From contig JAYQPE010000003.1 of the NCBI GenBank assembly GCA_038145175.1, positions 11,440 through 75,439 of the forward strand: DNA of 64,000 nt. The letters are read 5' to 3'. The position numbers and the translations under genes were made by a program. A model generated the notes under the pieces. That model saw only the letters and a program-made list of their open reading frames with translations, was not told the DNA's origin and did no database searches. The first letter of the stretch is position 1. Every line of letters starts with the position of its first letter. This stretch comes from Actinomycetes bacterium (GTDB lineage: Bacteria > Actinomycetota > Actinomycetes > S36-B12 > UBA5976). Positions 29,534 to 41,104 of this stretch are shown here, piece after piece.

Positions 29534-32500
29534 GGCTTGCCTCCATAATTGCTTTTAGTGGGTCAATACCCTCAAGTTCTGCCTTTTGTTTAGCAAGTAA
29601 TACTCGCTTATATTCCTTCGGCATTATTTTTGCAAAATAGGTTACTTCATTACTATTCAAGATTTGTTTGGCTAATTTTGATTTTGTTTCTTCGAAATAT
29701 TGTGAAATTATTTCAGTTAAAAATTTAATGTCTTCTTGATCGAGGTCTTCAATTTCTACCATTTCTGGATTTATATTTTCAGAATTTGGTTTATATAAAT
29801 AAGCTATTCCACCACTCATACCGGCTGCAAAATTTCGTCCTGTTGGGCCTAAAACTACGACCCGTCCTCCTGTCATGTATTCGCAACCATGATCTCCCAC
29901 TCCTTCAACTACTGCTGTTGCACCTGAATTTCTGACACAGAATCTTTCCCCTACGAGTCCGTTTACAAATAACGTTCCAGAAGTTGCCCCATACGCTGCA
30001 ACGTTTCCCGCAATCACATTTTTGCTAGCTTCAAATTTGGAATTTCTATTTGGTCGAACAATAATTTTTCCACCGGATAAACCTTTAGCTAAATAATCAT
30101 TTGAATCTCCCTCCAAACGAAGGGTTATTCCTTTAGGAACAAAAGCTCCAAAAGATTGTCCAGCAGAACCAACAAAAGTTAAATCAATTGTTTCATCAGG
30201 TAGCCCTTTGCCCCCGTATCTTCGAGTGACTTCACTTCCTAACATCGTGCCCACTGTTCGATTCACATTTCTTATTTCAAATTGAGCTCTAACTAATTCT
30301 TGTTTCTCTAAAGCAGGTTCACAAATTTTTATCAATTCTTGATCTAAAGCTTTTTCTAGCCCATGTTCTTGATTTTTTACATGATGAAGTTCTGTGTTAT
30401 TGGCTTTTACTTTATGCAAGATTGGTTCAAGATTTAAACCAGATGCTTTCCAATGATCAATAGCCTTTTTGGTATCAAGCAGTTCAGAATGACCTATTGC
30501 TTCTTCTAATGTCTTGAATCCAAGTTGTGCAAGATATTCTCTTACTTCTTGAGCAATAAATTTAAAGAAATTTTCCACAAATTCAGGTTTGCCATTAAAT
30601 TTTTCTCTCAGAACTGGATTTTGAGTTGCAACACCGACTGGACAAGTATCTAGGTGACAAACTCTCATCATGATGCAACCCATTACCACAAGTGGTGCTG
30701 TTGCAAATCCAAATTCTTCGGCGCCTAATAAAGCTGCGATTAAAACATCTCGTCCAGTTTTTAGTTGACCATCAGTTTGCACAACAATTCGATCTCTTAA
30801 ACCATTTAATAAAAGTGTTTGTTGAGTTTCTGCTAATCCGATTTCCCATGGAGCACCTGCATGTTTGAGTGAAGTTAATGGACTTGCCCCAGTTCCACCG
30901 TCGTGACCTGAAATTAATACGACATCAGCATGTGCTTTAGCAACTCCTGCGGCAACTGTGCCCACTCCAACTTCTGCAACAAGTTTGACATGAATTCTTG
31001 CTTTGTTATTGGCATTTTTTAAATCATGAATCAATTGTTTTAAATCTTCAATTGAATAAATGTCATGATGTGGAGGTGGTGAAATTAAACCCACGCCCGG
31101 TGTTGAATGTCTTGTTTTTGCTACCCAAGGATAAACCTTATGTCCTGGAAGTTGTCCACCTTCTCCAGGTTTTGCTCCTTGTGCCATTTTGATTTGAATA
31201 TCATCCGCATTTACTAAATATTCGCTAGTAACTCCAAATCGTCCACTTGCAACTTGCTTAATTGCTGAACGTTTTGAATCACCGTTTGTTTCTTTAACAA
31301 ATCTTTCAGGATCTTCTCCACCTTCACCAGTGTTTGATTTGGCTCCCAATCTATTCATGGCAATGGCTAATGTTTCATGTGCTTCTTGAGAAATTGAACC
31401 ATAAGACATAGCCCCTGTACTAAATCTTTTTATAATGTTTTCAATTGGTTCAACTTCGTCTATTGAAATTGGTTTTCTGGAATTCTTGATATCAAAAAGT
31501 CCTCTTAAAGTCATTAATCTTTTTGATTGTTCATTTACTAGATTTGTGTAATTTTTAAATATTTCATATTGACCTGTTTTAGTTGAATGTTGCAATCTAA
31601 ATACTGTTTCTGGATCAAATAAGTGAGGTTCGCCTTCTCTTCTCCATTGATATTCCCCTCCAATTGCAAGTTGTCTATGAGCAGGAGAAATACCTGTTGG
31701 AGGATAGGCAATTTCATGTCTTTTAATTACTTCTTGGGCAATAACTTCTAAACCAACTCCACCTAAACGAGAAACAGTGCCGGTGAAATATTTATCAACT
31801 AAATCTTGAGAAAGACCAATTGCTTCAAAAATTTGGGCACCTCTATATGAAGCAACTGTGGATACCCCCATTTTGCTCATTACTTTTAATACACCTTTAC
31901 CCAAAGCTTTTACAAGATTTCTAACAGCTTTTTCAGGGGATATTCCCGTTAATTTATTTTGGCGAACCATATCTTCCACGGTTTCCATTGCAAGATAGGG
32001 ATTTATTGCTGCTGCTCCAAATCCAATAAGTAAAGCAACATGATGAACCTCGCGAACATCACCTGCTTCAACAATTAATCCAACTTGCATTCTTTGTTTA
32101 GTGCGCACCAAATGATGATGCACCGCCGATAAAAGTAAAAGTGAAGGAATTGGTGCTTCATCAGCATCAGAATCTCTATCACTTAAAACTAGTAATCTAC
32201 TTCCCTTTTTTATTGCCTCATCTACTTCGTTAAATATTTCTTGGATACGTCTTTCTAAACCTTTTTCTCCATCTTGAATTTTGAATAACCCAGAGAATTT
32301 CTGTGCCGCAAAACCTGGTTTGTCTCCATCTCGATTAATGTGAATTAATTTAGCTAATTCATCATTATCTATTACCGGAAATGGTAAAACCACTTGTCTG
32401 GTATGAGCCGGAGTTGCTGAAAGTAAATTACTTTCTTCTCCAATGGAAGATGATAAAGAAGTTACTATTTCTTCTCTGATTGCATCTAGAGGTGGATTAG

Positions 32501-34037
32501 TAACTTGAGCAAATAATTGGGTGAAGTAGTCAAAAATAAGTCTTGGTCTTTTACTTAACACGGCAATCGGAGTATCTGTACCCATGGAACCAATAGGTTC
32601 AGCACCGGAAATTGCCATAGGAGTTAATAAAATTTTTAGTTCTTCCTCGGTATAACCAAAAGTTTGCTGTCTTCTTAATACTGAAGAATGAGTATGAACA
32701 ATATGTTCTCTATCGGGTAATTCCTCAAGATGAACTAAACCTGCATGTAGCCAATCTTGATAAGGTTCTTTGCTTGCCAATTCATTCTTGATTTCATCAT
32801 CTTCAATAATTCTTCCTGCATTTGTGTCAACCAAAAACATTTTTCCAGGTTGCAGTCTTCCTTTTCTAACTACTTTTTCTGGTTCAATTGGTAAAACTCC
32901 AGATTCACTGGCAAGAATTACAAGACCATCATCTGTCACCCAAAATCTGCCCGGACGTAAACCATTTCGATCTAGCACTGCACCAATTAGGGAACCATCT
33001 GTAAAAGTTACACAAGCTGGACCATCCCAAGGTTCCATAAATGAAGCATGAAATTCATAAAATGCTCTTCTTTTTGGATCCATATTTGGATTGTTTTCCC
33101 ATGCTTCAGGAATCATCATTAATACTGCATGAGGTAAAGATCTTCCACCTAAATGAATAAGTTCTAGGACTTCATCAAATGAGGCAGAATCACTTGCTCC
33201 ATTTGCACAAATTGGAAAAATTCTTGAAAGATCTCCTGGAATTAAATCTGTTTCTAATAAATTTTCTCTGGCTTGCATCCAGTTTCTATTACCTTTAACA
33301 GTATTTATTTCTCCATTATGAGCAATAAATCTATAAGGATGGGCTAGTGGCCAGGAAGGAAAAGTATTAGTACTAAATCTTGAGTGCACAAGAGCAATTT
33401 TTGATTCAACTTTCTCATCTGATAAGTCTTTGTAAAATGTTTGTAATTGACCTGTCGTTAACATTCCCTTGTAAACAAGTGTTCTTGAAGAAAGGGACGC
33501 AAAATAGACTTGAGTTTTCTTTTCAGCAATTTTTCTGAACGGATAAATTAATCGATCTAATTCCAGACCAGATTTATTTTCTAACTTTGATTTAATAAAT
33601 ATCATTTCAAATACCGGCATAACACTTTTAGCCGTTTTACCTAAAGTTGAGGAATCTGTGGGAACTAATCTCCAACCTAGAATCTCAATATTTTCCTCTT
33701 GAGCAATTTTATGGATTTGTGCCTTAGTTGTTTTGTATAAATCTTTATCTTGTGGAAGAAATGCAATTCCTACACCATATTCACCTATTTTAGGTAATTT
33801 AAAATCAACTACGGAGCGTAAAAATTTATCTGGAATTTGGATTAATATTCCAGCGCCATCCCCAGAATCAGGTTCACTTCCACTTGCACCACGATGGTCC
33901 AAATTTCTTAAAGCTTCTAAACCTTTTTCTACAAGCTCATGATTTGCTTCTTTATTTAAAGTTGCGACTAATGCCACACCACAAGCGTCATGTTCAAATG
34001 AAGAGTCATAAAGACCTTGAGATATTGGTTGAGGCAC
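29526..34037 (-). CDS. gltB: Glutamate synthase large subunit
   Basis: 1503 aa. Ntn amidotransferase N-terminus (HDACGV) followed by central, FMN-binding and GXGXG C-terminal domains. GTG start. 8-nt overlap with gltD. Confidence 0.96.
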   Translation of the reverse strand: MPQPISQGLYDSSFEHDACGVALVATLNKEANHELVEKGLEALRNLDHRGASGSEPDSGDGAGILIQIPDKFLRSVVDFKLPKIGEYGVGIAFLPQDKDLYKTTKAQIHKIAQEENIEILGWRLVPTDSSTLGKTAKSVMPVFEMIFIKSKLENKSGLELDRLIYPFRKIAEKKTQVYFASLSSRTLVYKGMLTTGQLQTFYKDLSDEKVESKIALVHSRFSTNTFPSWPLAHPYRFIAHNGEINTVKGNRNWMQARENLLETDLIPGDLSRIFPICANGASDSASFDEVLELIHLGGRSLPHAVLMMIPEAWENNPNMDPKRRAFYEFHASFMEPWDGPACVTFTDGSLIGAVLDRNGLRPGRFWVTDDGLVILASESGVLPIEPEKVVRKGRLQPGKMFLVDTNAGRIIEDDEIKNELASKEPYQDWLHAGLVHLEELPDREHIVHTHSSVLRRQQTFGYTEEELKILLTPMAISGAEPIGSMGTDTPIAVLSKRPRLIFDYFTQLFAQVTNPPLDAIREEIVTSLSSSIGEESNLLSATPAHTRQVVLPFPVIDNDELAKLIHINRDGDKPGFAAQKFSGLFKIQDGEKGLERRIQEIFNEVDEAIKKGSRLLVLSDRDSDADEAPIPSLLLLSAVHHHLVRTKQRMQVGLIVEAGDVREVHHVALLIGFGAAAINPYLAMETVEDMVRQNKLTGISPEKAVRNLVKALGKGVLKVMSKMGVSTVASYRGAQIFEAIGLSQDLVDKYFTGTVSRLGGVGLEVIAQEVIKRHEIAYPPTGISPAHRQLAIGGEYQWRREGEPHLFDPETVFRLQHSTKTGQYEIFKNYTNLVNEQSKRLMTLRGLFDIKNSRKPISIDEVEPIENIIKRFSTGAMSYGSISQEAHETLAIAMNRLGAKSNTGEGGEDPERFVKETNGDSKRSAIKQVASGRFGVTSEYLVNADDIQIKMAQGAKPGEGGQLPGHKVYPWVAKTRHSTPGVGLISPPPHHDIYSIEDLKQLIHDLKNANNKARIHVKLVAEVGVGTVAAGVAKAHADVVLISGHDGGTGASPLTSLKHAGAPWEIGLAETQQTLLLNGLRDRIVVQTDGQLKTGRDVLIAALLGAEEFGFATAPLVVMGCIMMRVCHLDTCPVGVATQNPVLREKFNGKPEFVENFFKFIAQEVREYLAQLGFKTLEEAIGHSELLDTKKAIDHWKASGLNLEPILHKVKANNTELHHVKNQEHGLEKALDQELIKICEPALEKQELVRAQFEIRNVNRTVGTMLGSEVTRRYGGKGLPDETIDLTFVGSAGQSFGAFVPKGITLRLEGDSNDYLAKGLSGGKIIVRPNRNSKFEASKNVIAGNVAAYGATSGTLFVNGLVGERFCVRNSGATAVVEGVGDHGCEYMTGGRVVVLGPTGRNFAAGMSGGIAYLYKPNSENINPEMVEIEDLDQEDIKFLTEIISQYFEETKSKLAKQILNSNEVTYFAKIMPKEYKRVLLAKQKAELEGIDPLKAIMEASRG

Positions 34038-34116
34038 TTTTTAGTTCGTCCTTTAAAAAATTTTTCTGTGGGACGACTTTGGCCCGATATGAGTAAATAC
34101 TATCTTAAAGATTGAT

Positions 34117-34842
34117 TTATAAAACTGAACCTATGGAATTGCCCAAAAACCAGGTGATTGCTGCTGCCCCACTACCGATTAGTAATTGCCTAGTACCTGA
34201 ATACCACCAGGTCCGAGTTGTCACCAACGAAACAACAGCTCCGGTTAAGAAAAGTCCAGCAAGTGAAATTATTAAAGAGTAAATCAAATTATTAAAACCC
34301 AACATGTAAGGAAGAAGTGGCACCATGGCACCCAAACCAAAAGAAATAAACGAAGACGCAGCAGCTAATTTTGCTGAAGGTAAATCTTTTGTGGATACAC
34401 CAAATTCTTCTAAAGAATGAGCATTAATAAATTCATCTTCATTTTTACTTAGTTCTTGTGCAAATTTAAATGCAATTTCATGACTTACTCCTCGTGAAAC
34501 ATAAACTTGTGCTAATTCTTCAATTTCACGATTTATATCTTCTGTTATCTCTTTTTTCTCTATTTCAATTTCAGCCATTGCCAATTCTGCTTGACTTGCA
34601 ACTGAGGTGTATTCACCTGCTGCCATAGAAAATGCACCTGCAAGTAATCCTGCAAAACCTGCTAAAACAATTGCTTTAGTGTTTTCAACACCTGCAGCTT
34701 GAGTTCCTCCTGCAACACCAATCATTAAGGCAAAGTTTGATACTAAACCATCCATAGCACCAAAAACTGCAGGACGTAACCAACCTCCGCTTACATTTCT
34801 GTGCAGATTTTCAACGTTTAATTTTTTTTGCCCCGAAGGCAT
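34117..34842 (-). CDS. VIT1/CCC1-family iron/manganese transporter
   Basis: 241 aa. WLRPAVFGAMDGLVSNFALMIGVAGG followed by a cytoplasmic acidic helix region and C-terminal TM helices. Confidence 0.78.
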   Translation of the reverse strand: MPSGQKKLNVENLHRNVSGGWLRPAVFGAMDGLVSNFALMIGVAGGTQAAGVENTKAIVLAGFAGLLAGAFSMAAGEYTSVASQAELAMAEIEIEKKEITEDINREIEELAQVYVSRGVSHEIAFKFAQELSKNEDEFINAHSLEEFGVSTKDLPSAKLAAASSFISFGLGAMVPLLPYMLGFNNLIYSLIISLAGLFLTGAVVSLVTTRTWWYSGTRQLLIGSGAAAITWFLGNSIGSVL

Positions 34843-34845
34843 TCC

Positions 34846-35670
34846 TTAACTCCTAAATATTTTTTGATCTCTTCCAGGTTTCAACCTGTTCGAGATTATG
34901 AAGTAAACAAGCCCTCCAACTATAACAAGTAAACTTGTCCAGATATTAAATCTTAATCCTAAGAGTAGTCGCGATTCATCAATTCTAAAAGTTTCGACGA
35001 ATAAACGACCTAAACTATATAATGATACATAAAGAGCAAAAACTCTGCCGTGACCTAATTTATAAATTTTGTCGATGTATAAGAGACTAAATCCAATAAT
35101 TACACTCCAGATTAATTCATACAAAAATGTGGGATGAAAAGTTGTAAACATTTCAAAACCTTGAGGTCTGTTTTTTTCAGCAATTTCTAGTCCCCAAAAA
35201 ACATCGGTAGGTTTGCCAAATAATTCCTGATTGAAATAGTTTCCTAATCTTCCAATTGCCTGAGCAAAAATAATTCCTGGTGCAATCGCATCAGCAAATG
35301 CAGGAAGGTTTATTTTATAAATTCGACAACCAATCCAAGCACCAACACCCCCAAAAAATATTGCTCCCCAAATTCCTAGTCCACCGTTCCAAATTTTCAG
35401 AGCATCTATTGGATTTTTTCCTTCACCAAAATATTTTTCAAAATCTGTTGCAACATGATAAATGCGGCCTCCGATAATTCCGAAAGGAACAGCAAAAAGA
35501 GCTACATCACTAACTTGCCCAACTTTTCCGCCCCGGGCCACCCATCTTTTATTTCCTAACCAAATTGCAACAAAAATTCCAATAATAATAAAAAGTGAAT
35601 ATGCACGTAATGGTAAAGGTCCAAGATATAGAACTCCAGTACTTGGACTGGGAATACTTAAAGAAATCAA
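34846..35670 (-). CDS. lgt: Phosphatidylglycerol--prolipoprotein diacylglyceryl transferase
   Basis: 274 aa with GGRIYHV, GRLGNYFNQELFGKPT and HPTFLYE motifs. Follows trpA, as in Mycobacterium and Streptomyces. Confidence 0.92.
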   Translation of the reverse strand: MISLSIPSPSTGVLYLGPLPLRAYSLFIIIGIFVAIWLGNKRWVARGGKVGQVSDVALFAVPFGIIGGRIYHVATDFEKYFGEGKNPIDALKIWNGGLGIWGAIFFGGVGAWIGCRIYKINLPAFADAIAPGIIFAQAIGRLGNYFNQELFGKPTDVFWGLEIAEKNRPQGFEMFTTFHPTFLYELIWSVIIGFSLLYIDKIYKLGHGRVFALYVSLYSLGRLFVETFRIDESRLLLGLRFNIWTSLLVIVGGLVYFIISNRLKPGRDQKIFRS

Positions 35671-35673
35671 AAT

Positions 35674-36468
35674 CTATTTCTTTGCAGCAACAACGGCTTC
35701 TGCAAATCCTGCTGGATCATAAATCGCCTTAGCGTCTAATGCTTTGTCATTTAAAAATATTGAAGGGGTACCTTGCACTCCTCTATCTTTTGCATGAAGT
35801 TCAGAATTTTGCGCCCAAGCTTTGTATTTATTACTTGTGTAACAAGTTTCAAATTCTGTGTAAGCTTCGTTTTCAATGCCAACTTTCTTTGCTAAATCTA
35901 AAAGTTGTTCATCTGAATATCCATCGCCCTCACGAGCAGGTTGCATGGCAAATATTCCAGAGTGATATTCAATTGTTTTACCTGCATCAACAGCACAACC
36001 CCATGCCATTGTTGCTCTCAAAGATGAAAGTTTTGATTCAGGAAAATTTCTATCTAGAAAAATCATCGGATGAAGAGTTAAATTAATTTCACCTTTTTCA
36101 GCTGAAGCAAAAACATTTTTAGCATTAGTCACTTCAAACTGACCGCATGCAGGACATTGAAAATCTTCATAAAGTTCTGCCCTTGGAGCAGAAGGATCTT
36201 GTTTACCAACTGGAACTCCATAACCTTCACTTGCACTTACTCCTTTTGGAAGTGCAGCACTGGAATCATATTCAGTGATTGCCTCTGGCACCACAATGTC
36301 TGATTGAGATTGATTCTTGGCATAAAATCCAACACCGATAATTCCCACAACAAATGCTGCAACAACTAAACCACCAATGATTTGAATAGTCCTTGCTTTT
36401 TTAGCGTCAGAGCCTGCATTTGCCCTTACTTGTGCAGCTTTATCTTTGATGTCATCAGGATTTGCCAT
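35674..36468 (-). CDS. Membrane-anchored DsbA-family thioredoxin-fold protein
   Basis: 264 aa with one N-terminal TM helix (IIGGLVVAAFVVGIIGVGF), the redox motif FQCPACGQF, and GTPSIFLN near the C-terminus. Confidence 0.72.
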   Translation of the reverse strand: MANPDDIKDKAAQVRANAGSDAKKARTIQIIGGLVVAAFVVGIIGVGFYAKNQSQSDIVVPEAITEYDSSAALPKGVSASEGYGVPVGKQDPSAPRAELYEDFQCPACGQFEVTNAKNVFASAEKGEINLTLHPMIFLDRNFPESKLSSLRATMAWGCAVDAGKTIEYHSGIFAMQPAREGDGYSDEQLLDLAKKVGIENEAYTEFETCYTSNKYKAWAQNSELHAKDRGVQGTPSIFLNDKALDAKAIYDPAGFAEAVVAAKK

Positions 36469-36529
36469 TTAATTTCTCCAAGCTTTTTCTTTTAATCTAG
36501 TAAATCAGATAAATCTTTGCATCTTTTGG

Positions 36530-37327
36530 CTAGTTCCTATGCATAGATCTAGCCAAATCTTTTGCCAATTGGCCTATTGCACCTACAGATTTTGAAAGAT
36601 CTTTTGTCTGCAAGATTAATTTAATAAAGGCGCTGCCCACAATTACTCCATCTGCATATTTAGCCACTTGTTTAGCCTGTTCAGGAGTTGAAACACCTAA
36701 TCCAACAGCCACGGGTAGATCTGTCACTTTTCTTAATCTAGTAACTAAAGTTTCTGCACTTTGTGAAATTTGATTTCTAGTTCCAGTTACTCCCATTAAA
36801 CTTGCGGCATACACAAATCCAGTTACTTTAGAAGAAACAAGTTTTAATCTTTCTTCACTTGTTGATGGTGCTACGACAAATATTCGATCAACATGTTGTT
36901 TGTCTGTTTCATCAATCCATTCATCTGATTCATCTGGTGGTAAATCAGGAGTGATCACGCCATTTCCACCAGAATTTTTAAATTCTTCAACATATTTATT
37001 GATACCCCATTTTTCAATTGGCGACCAATAAGACATTGTTAGAACAGGTTTATTATTTTCAGAAACTTTTTTTACCACATGCATTACTTCCTTGATTCCA
37101 GTTTTATGATTCAAAGCAATATCTACTGCTTCTTGTATAACTGGTCCATCCATTAGAGGATCACTGTAGGGAACTCCAACTTCAATTACATCTACTCCAT
37201 TTTTAAACATTTCATTAATTATTTGAATCGAACCATCAAGACTGGGAAATCCTGCAGGTAAATAGGCAATTAATACGGCTCGATTTTCACTTTTAGCTTT
37301 TGTAAAAGTTTCTTTTAAACTTGTCAT
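36530..37327 (-). CDS. trpA: Tryptophan synthase alpha chain
   Basis: 265 aa with IEVGVPYSDPLMDGPVIQ and GVTG motifs. Confidence 0.95.
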   Translation of the reverse strand: MTSLKETFTKAKSENRAVLIAYLPAGFPSLDGSIQIINEMFKNGVDVIEVGVPYSDPLMDGPVIQEAVDIALNHKTGIKEVMHVVKKVSENNKPVLTMSYWSPIEKWGINKYVEEFKNSGGNGVITPDLPPDESDEWIDETDKQHVDRIFVVAPSTSEERLKLVSSKVTGFVYAASLMGVTGTRNQISQSAETLVTRLRKVTDLPVAVGLGVSTPEQAKQVAKYADGVIVGSAFIKLILQTKDLSKSVGAIGQLAKDLARSMHRN

Positions 37328-38538
37328 TAATTAAGCTTGAACCACTTTGCAGCTGTCTCGACATCTTTATCGCCACGTCCACTGCAATTAACAATGATTA
37401 CAGCATCTTCTCCTAATTCTTTTCCAAGTTTCATGGTTCCAGCTATAGCATGAGCAGTTTCTATTGCTGGAATTATTCCTTCTGTCTTAGACAATATTTC
37501 AAATGCTTGCATAGCTTCTGTATCGGTGATCGGATGATATTTTGCTCTATTTGTTTCTTTTAACCATGCATGTTCTGGACCAACCCCTGGATAATCTAAA
37601 CCTGCAGAGATTGAATGACTTGGCAAAGTTTGACCATTTTCATCTTGCAAAACATATGATCTAGTTCCGTGCAATATGCCAATAGTTCCACCTGACAAAG
37701 TTGCTGCATGTCTTCCTGTTTCAATTCCATCTCCTGCGGCTTCATAACCATGAATTTGTACTTGTGAATCCAAAATAAAGGGATGAAATAATCCAATCGC
37801 ATTAGATCCACCACCAACACATGCAGTAACAGCAGTTGGAAGTTTCCCAATACGATCTAATATTTGTTGCTTAGCTTCTATTCCGATGATGCTGTGAAAA
37901 TTTCTACCGATAGTTGGAAATGGATGTGGGCCAGCAACTGTGCCTAATAAGTAATGAGTTGAGTCAACATTGGTTACCCAATCTCTCATGGCTTCATTAA
38001 TTGCATCTTTCAAAGTTTTAGTTCCAGTTTTTACAGGATTTACTTTTGCACCTAGTAGTTTCATTCTGGCCACATTTAAAGCTTGCCTTATTGTGTCTTC
38101 TTCACCCATATAAATTTCACATTCAAGTCCAAGTAAGGCGGCCGCGGTTGCTGTGGCAACTCCGTGTTGGCCTGCCCCAGTTTCGGCAATAATTCTTTTC
38201 TTACCCATTCTTTTAGTAAGAAGAGCTTGTCCAATCACATTATTTATTTTGTGAGAACCAGTGTGATTTAAATCTTCTCGTTTTAAAAATATTCGAGCAT
38301 TACCTGCAAACTTAGAAAAGTTTTTAGCTTCACTTAAAGGACTTGGTCTTCCCACATAATTTTTCATTAAATCCATAAATTCTTCATTAAATTTAGGATC
38401 CGAAACTGCCTTTTCATATTCAGTTTCTAATTGATCAAGAGCGGTTATTAATGCTTCTGGAACAAAACGTCCCCCAAACTGACCAAAATGACCAGTTTCG
38501 TTATCGATTTTTCTTAAATCATTTAAAAAAGTTGTCAC
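37327..38538 (-). CDS. trpB: Tryptophan synthase beta chain
   Basis: 403 aa with [16 protein letters not shown] (PLP lysine) and GGGSNAIG motifs. Confidence 0.96.
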   Translation of the reverse strand: MTTFLNDLRKIDNETGHFGQFGGRFVPEALITALDQLETEYEKAVSDPKFNEEFMDLMKNYVGRPSPLSEAKNFSKFAGNARIFLKREDLNHTGSHKINNVIGQALLTKRMGKKRIIAETGAGQHGVATATAAALLGLECEIYMGEEDTIRQALNVARMKLLGAKVNPVKTGTKTLKDAINEAMRDWVTNVDSTHYLLGTVAGPHPFPTIGRNFHSIIGIEAKQQILDRIGKLPTAVTACVGGGSNAIGLFHPFILDSQVQIHGYEAAGDGIETGRHAATLSGGTIGILHGTRSYVLQDENGQTLPSHSISAGLDYPGVGPEHAWLKETNRAKYHPITDTEAMQAFEILSKTEGIIPAIETAHAIAGTMKLGKELGEDAVIIVNCSGRGDKDVETAAKWFKLN

Positions 38539-38541
38539 AAA

Positions 38542-39351
38542 TTACCGACCGTGATTGGTAGCAGGATGTGCACCTGCTGTAACTAAATCATGAACTGCAT
38601 TTCTTGGATCTTTATTCAAAACTAAACTTTCACCAACCAATACCGCATGTGCTCCAGCATTGGCATAAGTAATTAAATCGTGTTTGTCTCTAACTCCAGA
38701 TTCTGCTACCAAGACGCAGCCTTTTGGAACTTTTGGCGCAAGCCTTAAGAATGTATTCCTATCAACTTCTAGAGTTTTTAAGTTTCTAGCATTTACCCCA
38801 ATTAATTTGGCTCCCGCATCAACCGCTCTTTTTAATTCTTCCTCAGTATGAACTTCAATCAAAGGTGTAATGCCAATTGTGTGAGCTCTTTCAATCAAGG
38901 ACACTAAAGCTTCTTGTTCAAGGGCTGCAACTATTAATAATGCAAGATCTGCACCATGTGCTCGGGCTTCCCATAGTTGATAACTTGAAAAAATAAAGTC
39001 TTTTCTTAAAACTGGAATTTCGACAGCTTTTCTAACTGCAATTAAATCCTCTAGTGAACCTTTAAATCTTCTTTCTTCCGTAAGAACACTGATGCAACTT
39101 GCTCCACCTAATTCATATTCTTTGGCCAATAACGCCGGATCTGAAATTTCTGAAAGATCACCTTTGCTTGGTGAAGATCTCTTAACTTCAGCAATAACTG
39201 CGACGCCAGCTTGTTCAAAAATTGGATAAGGATCTATTGCTTTTGATTTTGTACTTACTATTTCTTTTAGTGTTTCAAGTGAAGTTTTTTCTTGTCGTTT
39301 AATTAAGTCTTCTTTAACCCCAATAAGGATATCGTCTAAGACATTTGACAT
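38542..39351 (-). CDS. trpC: Indole-3-glycerol phosphate synthase
   Basis: 269 aa with [23 protein letters not shown] and LRKDFI motifs. Confidence 0.93.
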   Translation of the reverse strand: MSNVLDDILIGVKEDLIKRQEKTSLETLKEIVSTKSKAIDPYPIFEQAGVAVIAEVKRSSPSKGDLSEISDPALLAKEYELGGASCISVLTEERRFKGSLEDLIAVRKAVEIPVLRKDFIFSSYQLWEARAHGADLALLIVAALEQEALVSLIERAHTIGITPLIEVHTEEELKRAVDAGAKLIGVNARNLKTLEVDRNTFLRLAPKVPKGCVLVAESGVRDKHDLITYANAGAHAVLVGESLVLNKDPRNAVHDLVTAGAHPATNHGR

Positions 39352-39356
39352 AAAAT

Positions 39357-39551
39357 TTAATTTCGACTCTTTGTTCTAACTTTTTCCCAGACAATCCACA
39401 AAATTGTACTAAAAACTGCAAGAGCAATACCTTGCCAAAACATATTCCAATTATTTTGAGTTAAGGCAAAAGTTGAAATAATAGATGCAGCTATCAATAA
39501 AAAAGTTCCAGTCCAAGCTGCTGGAGTTTGGCCGTGATTATCTTTTGACAC
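39357..39551 (-). CDS. Small two-TM membrane protein with HGxxPAAW motif, function unknown
   Basis: 64 aa beginning [15 protein letters not shown], followed by two hydrophobic helices. It is wedged between trpE and trpC with 5-26 nt gaps, so it is very likely co-transcribed. Confidence 0.6.
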   Translation of the reverse strand: MSKDNHGQTPAAWTGTFLLIAASIISTFALTQNNWNMFWQGIALAVFSTILWIVWEKVRTKSRN

Positions 39552-39577
39552 TTTTTTTGCTCCTTACTTTTCTGTTT

Positions 39578-41104
39578 TCAGTCTAAAGTGTTGGAAATTG
39601 CGATTGCTTTGAGTACTACAGCAGCCTTGTTCTGGCATTCCAAATCCTCATTTTCAGGCGTTGAATCAGCCACTACTCCTGCTCCTGCTTGAACATATGC
39701 TTTTTTATCTTTAATTAAAGCGGTTCGAATTGTGATTGCCATATCCATGTTTCCGGCAAAGTCAAAATATCCAAGTGCGCCACCATAGATACCCCTTGTC
39801 ACAGGTTCTAATTCATCAATAATTTCCATAGCCCTAACTTTCGGAGCTCCCGATAACGTTCCTGCAGGAAACGTTGCTTTTAAAGCATCTAGAACAGTTA
39901 CTGATTCATTTAATTCTCCCGTTATTGTCGAAACCAAATGCATTACATGGGAATACTTTTCCACTTGCATAAATTGAGTAACTTCAATTGAACCTGGTTT
40001 ACAAAATCTTCCTAAATCATTTCTACCTAAATCAACCAACATTAAATGTTCTGCTTTTTCTTTCTCATCATTCAATAATTCTTGGGCTAACTTTTCATCT
40101 TCTACTTCAGTTTTTGCCCTATGTCTAGTGCCTGCAATTGGATGAAGCAAAGCTTTTCTATTTTTTATGCTTATCAATGCTTCAGGACTTGAACCTACTA
40201 TTTCAAATTCGCTACTTTTTAAGTCTTTACTAGGAAAGTTTAGGTAATACATGTATGGACTTGGATTTGAATTTCGCAATATTCGATAAACGTCCAAACC
40301 ATTTTTTAAGCAATCGATTTCAAATCTTTGGGATAAAACTATTTGAAAGGCATCCCCTTTTTCGATATATTCAATAGCTTTATCTACAGACTTCTGATAA
40401 ACATCACTATTGGTTCTTCTTTCAAAATTTAATTCAGGTATTGTGCCAATGTTTAAAGAATTTAAGGCTTTAGAAGAATCCAGTTTTTTTCGCATTTGTT
40501 CTATGCGATTTAGACAATCCGAATAAGCCTCTTCTACCCTTTCATCAGTTCCGTCATAATTAACAGCATTTGCAATAAGCCAAACTGTTCCATCAGAGTG
40601 ATCTAACACTGCAAAATCTGTGGTTAAAAGAAAGAATAAATCCGGGACTTTTGTTTCATTAGGGTTTTGATTAGGTATTTTTTCAAATATTCGAACCATG
40701 TCATAACTTAAATAACCAACGAGGCCACCTGTTAAAGGTGGCAAAGATTCGAAAGCTTTTGTTTTAAGAAAATCCAAAGCTTGAGTTATAACCTCCCAAA
40801 TTGGTTTGTCATTTAACAATCCTTTAGGTGTTTTTCCACTCCAATACCCTTTTCCATTTTCTTCACGCAAAACTGCAGCGCTTGAAACTCCAATAAATGA
40901 ATATCTGGACCAGTTCTTACCATTTTCAGCTGATTCCAATAAAAATGTTGCTGGCTTATTTTCAGTAAGTGTTTGATAAAGACCTACTGGAGTGTATGTA
41001 TCTGCCATTAATTGAATGGCCACAGGAATAACTCTTCGTGTTTTTGCTAATTCCTTAAAATCTTCTAATTTTGGAAATATTGTCCCAATATTTTTTTCAA
41101 TCAT
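39578..41104 (-). CDS. trpE: Anthranilate synthase component I (start moved to ATG at 41104)
   Basis: LLESAENG, IAGTRHR and GGALGYFDFAGNMDMAITIRT motifs. The ORF-track start (41176) would overlap hisI by 80 nt. ATG 41104 gives MIEKNIGTIFPKLEDF and an ATGATTGA overlap with the hisI stop. Confidence 0.92.
   Translation of the reverse strand: MIEKNIGTIFPKLEDFKELAKTRRVIPVAIQLMADTYTPVGLYQTLTENKPATFLLESAENGKNWSRYSFIGVSSAAVLREENGKGYWSGKTPKGLLNDKPIWEVITQALDFLKTKAFESLPPLTGGLVGYLSYDMVRIFEKIPNQNPNETKVPDLFFLLTTDFAVLDHSDGTVWLIANAVNYDGTDERVEEAYSDCLNRIEQMRKKLDSSKALNSLNIGTIPELNFERRTNSDVYQKSVDKAIEYIEKGDAFQIVLSQRFEIDCLKNGLDVYRILRNSNPSPYMYYLNFPSKDLKSSEFEIVGSSPEALISIKNRKALLHPIAGTRHRAKTEVEDEKLAQELLNDEKEKAEHLMLVDLGRNDLGRFCKPGSIEVTQFMQVEKYSHVMHLVSTITGELNESVTVLDALKATFPAGTLSGAPKVRAMEIIDELEPVTRGIYGGALGYFDFAGNMDMAITIRTALIKDKKAYVQAGAGVVADSTPENEDLECQNKAAVVLKAIAISNTLD

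Noticed and set aside
34043-34080. Hairpin upstream of gltB (TCGTCC ... GGACGA) whose 3' arm overlaps the putative Shine-Dalgarno sequence AAGGACGA.
   Set aside because: It is only 6 bp with a 19-nt A/T loop, and I could not compute its stability. There is no U-tract (so it is not a terminator) and no known motif such as a GlnR box. It is too weak to call regulatory.
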